Shown here: piece by piece, positions 15,834-22,064 of the stretch
Layout: every line of letters starts with the position of its first letter
How positions within the stretch are numbered: position 1 is the first letter of the stretch
Source of the DNA: an uncultured archaeon
Lineage (GTDB): Archaea > Iainarchaeota > Iainarchaeia > Iainarchaeales > Iainarchaeaceae
DNA: 22,064 bases
Assembly: GCA_964577555.1 (NCBI GenBank)
Contig: CAZNZM010000003.1
Span: 125,015-147,078 of the forward strand
Direction of reading: 5' to 3'
Position numbers and translations under genes: made by a program
Notes under the pieces: generated by a model
Told to the model about the DNA's origin: nothing
Seen by the model: the letters and a program-made list of their open reading frames with translations, nothing else
Databases searched by the model: none

Positions 15834-16387
15834 ATTTTGGCTTTTGCAAAAAACAAGATTGCTAATATTAACAAAGGCACGCCAATATAAAAAATCAGCA
15901 AGATTATTGATTGCAAATTTGAGATGTTAAAAAATTTTTCAAAAACCTCGTTAGTGAAATAAAGATAAAGAGCCATGCTTATTGTAATAAAAACTGCTCC
16001 TGCAAATTCTGCAAAAGGGATCATGACAACAAAAGCCAATATACAGGCAGAAGCTGCAAGAAAATAGTTTATTGCAATTAGTTTTGGCAGTTCTCCTTTG
16101 GATGAAAAAATTCTTGATATGAAAAAAATTATTAAAGAACTTAAAGGTATTTCAACAAGCAGTGATATGAATATTCCAAGAAAAATCCAGCTTTTTGTTA
16201 GAATGTTTTCTAAAAAGTTGGAATTATATGTTATTACTGAGAATGCTGAGGAAATTGCCCAATAAAGAAAAGTAACTACTGCAAGAAGCAATATTGACAT
16301 GAAAATGCTGCGGTTTTCTTCAACAACTGTTCCGATTGGTTTGTAAAAAGTCATTACATCAAACATTTCTCTGATATTTTCGGACAT
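15830..16387 (-). CDS. Polytopic integral membrane protein (about 5 TM; possibly Yip1-domain-like)
   Basis: ATG verified at 16387 (MSENIREMF). Five hydrophobic segments follow a short polar N-terminus. Its stop shares the TTAA at 15830-15833 with the convergent permease stop. The family call is weak. Confidence 0.7.
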   Translation of the reverse strand: MSENIREMFDVMTFYKPIGTVVEENRSIFMSILLLAVVTFLYWAISSAFSVITYNSNFLENILTKSWIFLGIFISLLVEIPLSSLIIFFISRIFSSKGELPKLIAINYFLAASACILAFVVMIPFAEFAGAVFITISMALYLYFTNEVFEKFFNISNLQSIILLIFYIGVPLLILAILFFAKAKI

Positions 16388-16469
16388 TTTAACACTAATG
16401 AAATCTACAAAGTCCGAGAATTTAAACTTTTCTGAAAATTCGCAAGACTGTGCTGTGTTGTCATAGCGC

Positions 16470-17124
16470 CAATGTTTTTTATTGTTTTGTTTTTTGCGGG
16501 CCTTTTTTTTGAAATTATTTTTTATTTAAAATAAATTTTTTTGTCATTGGCTTGGTTTTTTTTGAATTGTTTTTCTGATTTTTGTTTTTTGTTGATTTTT
16601 TTTACAAGCCAAATTTTTTTTTCAGTCATTTTTTTGTGAATTTGTTTTTATTTCGTTTTAAATTATTTTTTTGTTTTTTTAGTTTATTTTATTTTTTTTG
16701 TCTTTGTTGGCTTGATTTTTTTTGTTTGAAATTTGTTTTTTTTGAATCAATTTTTTGGCGTATTGTTTTTGTTTTTTGTTTATTTTTGCAAGCCAATTTT
16801 TTTTTCAGTCATTTTTTTGATTTTTTTTGTTTTGTTTTAATTATTTTTTTTGTCTTTGTTGGCTTGGTTTTTTTGGGTTTTGTTTTTTTTGTTTTTGTGA
16901 GCCAATTTTTTGCAACCCATTTTTTACCACTTTTATTTTTTTTAAAGTAAAATTTTGTTTTTGGTCTTTAGTTTGTTTTTTTCCGAGCCGTTCTTTTGAC
17001 AATTTTTATTTTTTTTAGTTTTATTTTTTGTGTTGTCTTTTTGCTGTTTGTTTTTTTTGAGACGTGTTTTTTATTTGAATTATTTTTTTGAATTCGCTTG
17101 TTTCTTTTCTTTTCCGTATGAATT
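16470..17124. repeat. T-rich (+ strand) low-complexity repeat array, locus D, with tandem units of about 150-185 bp
   Basis: caagccaa(a)-T9-cagtcat at 16605-16629 and 16789-16812. gtgagccaa at 16897-16905. gtc(a/ttt)(t)tggcttg at 16543-16554, 16701-16714 and 16853-16866. The gtttgaaatttgtttttttt module is shared with locus B. Confidence 0.88.
16522..16629 (-). CDS. Questionable lysine-rich mini-ORF in array D (35 codons: MTEKKIWLVKKINKKQKSEKQFKKNQANDKKIYFK)
   Basis: ATGACTG start with a TATA-like ttttaaatta (16656-16665) about 31 nt upstream. The sister copy starting at 16812 stops after only 10 codons, so there is no protein-level conservation. Confidence 0.15.
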   Translation of the reverse strand: MTEKKIWLVKKINKKQKSEKQFKKNQANDKKIYFK

Positions 17125-17865
17125 TTATTTTTTTAAGTATTCAAATGCGTTTTCAAAAATTTTTCTTCCTTCGCCTTCTTCTTTTATTTTTCCGTATTCT
17201 GAATTTGGAGCATTTATTCCGAAAAGATTTCTTTCTGGGTGAGGCATTAATCCAAAGACCCTGCCTGTTTGGTCGCAAATTCCAGCTATTGAATCAGTAG
17301 AGCCGTTTGGGTTTTCTTCGTACTTGAATACTATTTGTTTGTTTTCATATAGTTTTTCCAATGTTTTTTTGTCTTTTGTTATGAATTGTCCTTCTCCGTG
17401 GGCTATTGGAACTTCAAGTGTTTCTATTTCTTTTGTGAAAACGCATTTGCTGTTTTGTCCTTTAAGTTTTACCCATTTACATTGAAAACCTATTGGATCG
17501 TTAAGGGTAAGCGTTGTGAGTTGTTCTGAATATTTTTTTTCAAAGCCTGGAAGTATGCCTGCTTTTACCATTACTTGGAATCCATTGCATATGCCTATTG
17601 CTAGGTTGCCTTCGTTTATAAATTCTGGGATTTGCTGTCCCAATTTGAATATTATTTTGTTGGCAAATACTTTTCCTGATCCTAAATAATCTCCTGCTGC
17701 AAAGCCTCCTGGCAATGCCAAGAGCCTGAAATTTTCGAGGTTTTTTGTTCCTTTAATAAGTTCGTTAATATGGACGTTTTCTATTTCAAATCCTGCGCAT
17801 TTTAATGCAAAGCCTAATTCGTAGTCGCAATTTGTTCCAGCGGCTCGCAAAATCATTGCCTTCAT
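17125..17865 (-). CDS. purQ: FGAM synthase, glutamine amidotransferase subunit
   Basis: Catalytic GICNGFQ and MPHPER. The start is moved to the ATG at 17865 (MKAMILRAAGTNCD), 1 nt after the purL stop, with GGTGG inside the purL 3' end. The track start at 17922 overlaps purL by 56 nt. Confidence 0.93.
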   Translation of the reverse strand: MKAMILRAAGTNCDYELGFALKCAGFEIENVHINELIKGTKNLENFRLLALPGGFAAGDYLGSGKVFANKIIFKLGQQIPEFINEGNLAIGICNGFQVMVKAGILPGFEKKYSEQLTTLTLNDPIGFQCKWVKLKGQNSKCVFTKEIETLEVPIAHGEGQFITKDKKTLEKLYENKQIVFKYEENPNGSTDSIAGICDQTGRVFGLMPHPERNLFGINAPNSEYGKIKEEGEGRKIFENAFEYLKK

Positions 17866-17866
17866 T

Positions 17867-20242
17867 TTACCACCATAAAGTTTTTTTCCATGCTTTTTTA
17901 AGTTCTGCAAGGCTTTCTTCAATCAATTTTTTTTCTTTGAAATTTATTATTAATTTTTTTTGTTTTGTCACTTCTCCTATTTTTGAAAACTCTGCACCTT
18001 CCAAGGCTTTTTCAAATTCTTTTTCTTTTCCTTTCGCGACTTCAACAAGCATTCTTGAATTTGATTCGGAGAAAAGCAAAATGTCTGGTCTTTCTATTTT
18101 TTCTCCTGTAATTATTTTTTCACATTTTATTTTAGCTCCAAATCCTGAACCAAAAGACATTTCAGACAAGGCAACTGCAATCCCGCCTTCAGAACAATCG
18201 TGGCAGGCAGTTATGATTTTTTCATTTGTGTCTTGGCTTGCAATTAATTTACTTAATATTGAATATGTTTTTTTTGCTGACTTGAATCTTACTTTAGGCA
18301 CTTTGCCGGACTTTGTTTTTGTTAGTTTGTAATAATGGCTTCCTCCAAGTTCATCATATGTTTGCCCTAAAATATAAATGCTGTTTCCTTCCCTTTTAAA
18401 TGGCATTGAAATTTTTTTTCTTGAGTCTTCAATTATTCCTATTGCAGAAATTAAGAGTGTGCCTGGTATTGAAATGTTTTTGTCGTTTGCTTTGTATTCA
18501 TTGTATAAGCTGTCTTTTCCTGAAATGAATGGCGTGTTGAATTCGATTGATGCGTCGTGGCATCCTTTGCAAGCTCTTACAAGTTCTCCTAATGTTTCTT
18601 TTTTTTCAGGGTTGCCCCATGAAAAGTTGTCTAGCAATGCGATTTTTTCAAAATCCGCTCCAACGCATATAGCGTTTCTTATTGCTTCATCTATTGTGGA
18701 GCAAGCCATCCAATAAGGATCTATGTCGGTGTAGAAGGGATTTATTCCGTTGGCAATGACAACTCCTTTCCAGCAATCAAGTAATGGTCTGACTATTGCA
18801 GCGTCGCTTGGTGCATCAGATTCTGGCCCAACAAATGGTTTTAGGACTGTTCCGCCTCTGACTTCATGATCATACTTTCTTACTGTTTTTTCTTTGCTGC
18901 AAATGTTTGGCATTGATAAAATGCTTTTTAGAATTTTGCCATAATCTTCTGGTTCTTTTGGTTTTGCTGTTTTTTCTTTTTTTTCAATCCATTCAGCTTC
19001 AAGTTCTTTTTTTGGGTTTCCGTTGTGCAGGAAATCCATGTCCAGTTCTCCTACAAGTTCTTGTTTGTAATAAAGCTCCAATTTTTTTGTGTCTGTAAAT
19101 TCGCCTATGATAGTGGCCTCTGTTCCTTCTATTTCGCATATTTCCTTGATTTTTTGGAAATTATTTTTTGGCACTGCAAGTATCATTCTTTCTTGTGCTT
19201 CTGACAACCATATTTCCCATGGTTGTAGGCCTTCGTATTTTAAAGGCGCTTTTTCTAAATATACTTTTGCACCTGTTTTTGAACCCATTTCGCCAATTGC
19301 TGATGAAAAGCCTCCTGCACCGCAATCGGTTATTGCGGTGTAAAGCTTTAAATCCCTGGCTTTTAGTATTGCTTCAATCATTTTTTTTTCTTCAATAGGA
19401 TTGCCTATTTGGACTACGCTTGAAGAAATTTCTGAAGTGAGTTCGGTTGATGAAAATGTTGCTCCATGAAGCCCGTCTCTTCCTGTCCTTCCGCCTATAA
19501 CAACTATTAGTTCTCCTGGGGATGCTTTTTTTTGTGTCATTTCTTTTGGTATTATGCCAATTGTTCCACAATAAACAAGCGGGTTTCCAAGGTAGCGTGG
19601 CTCGAAAAGTATTGCTCCATTGACTGTGGGTATTCCGAGTTTGTTGCCGTAATCCATTATTCCTGCTCTTACTCCTTTGAATATTCTTTTAGGATGCAAT
19701 ACTCCTTTAGGGATTTTTTGCAATTCAGTGTCGTGGTTGCCAAAACATAGTACATCCGTGCAGGCAAAAGGCCTTGCTCCAAGCCCTGCTCCAAGAACGT
19801 CTCTTATTACTCCTCCAACTCCGGTGTTTGCTCCGCCGAATGGGTCTAATGCGCTTGGATGGTTGTGGGTTTCCACTTTTATAGCAATGTCATAATTTTC
19901 GTTGAATTGTATTATGCCAGCATTGTCTGAAAATACTGATGCTAACCATTTTTTTTCGGATTTGTATGTTGGTTCGCGAATGTATGTTTTGAATAGGCTG
20001 TCTATTTTTTCTTGCTTCCCGTTTTCTTTGTAATTTATCAATGCGTTGAATGTTTTGTGTTTGCAGTGTTCGCTCCAGGTTTGCGCAATTGTTTCAAGTT
20101 CTATGTGGGTTGGTTCGCGCCCTATTTTTTTGTAATATTTTTGTATTTGAAGCATTTCAGTTTGGTTAAGGGATAATAGCATTTTTTTGCTTAATTCTAT
20201 CAATTCTTTTTCATTCATTTTTGAAATCTTGATTTCACTCAT
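17867..20242 (-). CDS. purL: FGAM synthase subunit II (small-type PurL)
   Basis: WSEHCKHKTF and ETHNHPSALDPFGGANTGVGG, with duplicated PurM-like domains. ATG verified at 20242. Confidence 0.96.
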   Translation of the reverse strand: MSEIKISKMNEKELIELSKKMLLSLNQTEMLQIQKYYKKIGREPTHIELETIAQTWSEHCKHKTFNALINYKENGKQEKIDSLFKTYIREPTYKSEKKWLASVFSDNAGIIQFNENYDIAIKVETHNHPSALDPFGGANTGVGGVIRDVLGAGLGARPFACTDVLCFGNHDTELQKIPKGVLHPKRIFKGVRAGIMDYGNKLGIPTVNGAILFEPRYLGNPLVYCGTIGIIPKEMTQKKASPGELIVVIGGRTGRDGLHGATFSSTELTSEISSSVVQIGNPIEEKKMIEAILKARDLKLYTAITDCGAGGFSSAIGEMGSKTGAKVYLEKAPLKYEGLQPWEIWLSEAQERMILAVPKNNFQKIKEICEIEGTEATIIGEFTDTKKLELYYKQELVGELDMDFLHNGNPKKELEAEWIEKKEKTAKPKEPEDYGKILKSILSMPNICSKEKTVRKYDHEVRGGTVLKPFVGPESDAPSDAAIVRPLLDCWKGVVIANGINPFYTDIDPYWMACSTIDEAIRNAICVGADFEKIALLDNFSWGNPEKKETLGELVRACKGCHDASIEFNTPFISGKDSLYNEYKANDKNISIPGTLLISAIGIIEDSRKKISMPFKREGNSIYILGQTYDELGGSHYYKLTKTKSGKVPKVRFKSAKKTYSILSKLIASQDTNEKIITACHDCSEGGIAVALSEMSFGSGFGAKIKCEKIITGEKIERPDILLFSESNSRMLVEVAKGKEKEFEKALEGAEFSKIGEVTKQKKLIINFKEKKLIEESLAELKKAWKKTLWW

Positions 20243-20717
20243 TTTTTTCGCCTATTTCATAGGTTTCAATTACTGAATTTGCAAGCAATTCTTTGGTTAT
20301 GCGTTTTATGTCATTTTTTGTTATTTTTCCATAAAAATAGTATTTTTTTCCTGTTCTTATTTTTGCTTCTAATTTTTTTCCCGTAAAATCCTCTATTGCT
20401 TCTGCCATGACTATGCCTAAGTTGTCTGTAACTCCTTCGTGCAGTTTTACTTCCACCCAATAGTTGCTGTCTTTGTAAAAATTTTCGTCTATTGAAAATT
20501 TTTGAATTAAAGGATCAATAATGGCTTTTTCGCAAATTATAGAGAGTGTTTCTTTTTCCAAGTTTGATTCTATGTGGTATGTTTCGCAGAATCTTATTGA
20601 TTCAATTCCTTTTATTAGCAAATCTTCTTCTATGTCGTTTTTTGTTGAAATTCCTACTGCATCAAGCCTTTTTTCGGTAATCGCTGTTTCGATTCTGTGT
20701 TTTTGTTTCACAATCAA
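20235..20717 (-). CDS. purS: PurS-like FGAM synthase subunit, tandem double-PurS fusion (about 160 aa)
   Basis: Two consecutive PurS-like halves, each ending in a PurS-type C-terminus. Half 1 is about residues 8-75 (DAVGISTKNDIEEDLLIKGIESIR...EKAIIDPLIQKFSI). Half 2 is about residues 85-155 (WVEVKLHEGVTDNLG...KELLANSVIETYEI). Overlaps the purL start by 8 nt. The start is uncertain: TTG at 20717 or GTG at 20711. Confidence 0.8.
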   Translation of the reverse strand: MIVKQKHRIETAITEKRLDAVGISTKNDIEEDLLIKGIESIRFCETYHIESNLEKETLSIICEKAIIDPLIQKFSIDENFYKDSNYWVEVKLHEGVTDNLGIVMAEAIEDFTGKKLEAKIRTGKKYYFYGKITKNDIKRITKELLANSVIETYEIGEKNE

Positions 20718-20729
20718 AATTAAGACTGA

Positions 20730-20742
20730 AACTTTTAAATTT
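20730..20742 (-). promoter_or_regulatory. Putative TATA box for purS-purL-purQ (aacttttaaattt; minus strand aaatttaaaagtt)
   Basis: Exact 13-mer also present at 20867-20879. The core is centred about 20 nt from TTG 20717 and about 26 nt from GTG 20711. Confidence 0.45.
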
Positions 20743-20866
20743 CAATTGATGTCATTGGCTACGTTGTTTTATTGTAACTTTGCAAGACTTTTTGGCATAT
20801 TATACTTATTGTTTTTTATTGATTTTTTTTGCAATCGTGCTATTTTTTTGTGAGAGTTGTTGCGGT

Positions 20867-20879
20867 AACTTTTAAATTT
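20867..20879 (+). promoter_or_regulatory. Putative BRE/TATA for purF (gcggtaa-cttttaaattt)
   Basis: TATA core centred about 28 nt upstream of the ATG at 20902 with no SD, which is leaderless-type spacing. Confidence 0.5.
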
Positions 20880-20901
20880 GTTCTTATAAGTAATCTAGTT
20901 T

Positions 20902-22064
20902 ATGGTTGGCGAGGTAAAGGATGAGTGTGGTGTTGCCGCGGTTTACTTGCCAAAGCCTCTTAAAAATTATCCTTTTGGCGGAGCCGCTTTTTATCTTTAT
21001 AAAATGCTTTTGCAAATGCAGAACAGAGGGCAACTTTCTGCAGGAATAACGACTTATAATTCTAATAGGCAGCAGCTTATTGATACTCATAAAAAAGTAG
21101 GTTCGGTTTCTGAAGTTTTTTCAACGAGAAAGAAGCATGAAGCTGTTTCAATAATGGAGCGTTATGTTGGAGACCGTGGAATAGGGCATACTAGGTATAG
21201 TACTTCTGGTGGTGATGATGATGGTTCTGCCCAGCCTTTTGAAAGGCATCATGGCAGAAAGTGGAAGTGGTTTTCTTTTGCGTTTAATGGCAATATAGCT
21301 AATTTTTCCGAGTTGAAGACCCAGCTTGAAAAAAAGCAGTATCATTTGGTGAGAAATCTTGATACTGAACTTATTTTGCATTTTCTTGAAAAGAACCAGA
21401 TTGGCGAGAAGAAAAAGCCTATTGACCACGTGTTTTCTGATATTTCTTCTATTTTTGATGGCGCTTATAATATTGTTTATATAAATGCCGAAGGTGTTGT
21501 TGCTGCAATGCGGGATCCTTATGGCATAAGGCCTATGTGTTATTCGGTTTCTGATAATTTTGTTGGCGCCGCTTCGGAAACTGTTGCTCTTGAAAATGTT
21601 ACTGACAATCATACGAAAAGTTTGAAGCCTGGGGAAATACTGATTGTGCAGGACAATTCTGTCGAGGTAAAGCGTTATGCTAAAAGTCCAAGGTCGGCTC
21701 ATTGCATGTTTGAATGGGTTTATTTTGCGAATGCCGCTTCGGTTATAGATGGAAAATCTGTTTATCAAGTCAGGTGGAATCTTGGTGTTGAACTTGCAAA
21801 ACAGGAAAAATTGAGTATAAATTCTTCTGAGTGGGTTGTTGCTGCTGTTCCTGATACTGCCAGGCCTGCTGCTGATGCTTATGCCCATGAAATAGGTGTT
21901 CCTGCCATGGAAGCTTTTATAAGAAACAGGTATGTTGGCAGGACTTTTATTGAGAGTACTGATAGGCTTGATAAAGTAAAAGAAAAATTTTATGTTAATA
22001 AGTCGGTTATAAAAGACAAAAAAGTTATTTTGATTGACGATTCAATTGTCAGAGGCAATACTTC
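20902..22064 (+). CDS. purF: Amidophosphoribosyltransferase (partial, 3' end beyond the window)
   Basis: MVGEVKDE propeptide followed by catalytic CGVAAV (Ntn-type Cys), then GIGHTRYSTSG, and the PRTase motif VILIDDSIVRGNT at the window edge. Absent from the ORF track because there is no stop codon in the window. Confidence 0.93.
   Translation, partial: MVGEVKDECGVAAVYLPKPLKNYPFGGAAFYLYKMLLQMQNRGQLSAGITTYNSNRQQLIDTHKKVGSVSEVFSTRKKHEAVSIMERYVGDRGIGHTRYSTSGGDDDGSAQPFERHHGRKWKWFSFAFNGNIANFSELKTQLEKKQYHLVRNLDTELILHFLEKNQIGEKKKPIDHVFSDISSIFDGAYNIVYINAEGVVAAMRDPYGIRPMCYSVSDNFVGAASETVALENVTDNHTKSLKPGEILIVQDNSVEVKRYAKSPRSAHCMFEWVYFANAASVIDGKSVYQVRWNLGVELAKQEKLSINSSEWVVAAVPDTARPAADAYAHEIGVPAMEAFIRNRYVGRTFIESTDRLDKVKEKFYVNKSVIKDKKVILIDDSIVRGNT

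Noticed and set aside
12901-16387. Membrane cassette as a transposon or integrated mobile element
   Set aside because: No transposase, integrase or recombinase gene, no terminal inverted repeats and no target-site duplication could be identified. Only the flanking same-orientation arrays hint at recombination, and that is reported as a finding.
16441-16510. Slightly GC-richer patch (cgcaagactgtgctgtgttgtcatagcgcc ... gcgggcc) as a small RNA or tRNA fragment
   Set aside because: No cloverleaf or stable stem could be drawn. It is most simply the promoter or 5' flank of the membrane protein gene (start 16387) merging into array D.
17867-17922. 56-nt overlap between purQ and purL implied by the ORF track
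   Set aside because: An internal ATG at 17865 gives the canonical PurQ N-terminus (MKAMILRAAGTNCD). It lies 1 nt after the purL stop and has a GGTGG SD, so the overlap is an artefact of choosing the longest ORF.
21148-21888. 246-aa minus-strand ORF
   Set aside because: It lies entirely antisense to the well-supported purF reading frame and has an arginine/isoleucine/serine-rich, junk-like composition. The same reasoning applies to the other antisense ORFs inside purL, purH, glyA, folD, purB, purC and the permease.

Overview
AT-rich, tightly packed prokaryotic fragment. Its promoter and start-site architecture looks archaeal: A/T TATA-like boxes sit about 26-36 nt upstream of start codons, GGTG-type Shine-Dalgarno sites are used, and many gene pairs have overlapping stop/start codons. 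The taxon cannot be determined from the sequence alone.

The window is dominated by a de novo purine biosynthesis supercluster: purM, purB, purC, purE, purA, purN, purH, purQ, purL, purS and purF. The one-carbon supply genes glyA and folD lie in the same operon as purN and purH. Also present are one SAM-dependent methyltransferase, one small orphan protein, and a three-gene membrane cassette. The cassette consists of an ABC ATPase, an ABC-2 permease with a large coiled-coil ectodomain, and a polytopic membrane protein.

The unexplained signal is non-genic. Four intergenic gaps (1-297, 6729-7643, 12521-12860 and about 16470-17124; roughly 2.2 kb, about 10% of the window) are filled by one family of low-complexity repeats. 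All four are T-rich on the + strand whatever the direction of the neighbouring genes. T7-T9 runs are punctuated by G(A/C)AGCC(A/G) cores, and modules are shared both within and between loci.

Read on the minus strand, several units look like leaderless promoter-start modules: a TATA-like box about 26-32 nt upstream of an ATGAC start opening a lysine-rich mini-ORF. However, ORF length and reading frame are not conserved between copies, so conservation appears to be at the DNA level.

Secondary observations are a tandem PurS-PurS fusion, a PurE with a class II-like SAHK motif plus a degenerate C-terminal half-duplication and no purK nearby, and a regular two-class promoter spacing. No rRNA, tRNA, CRISPR array, transposase or integrase was recognised.
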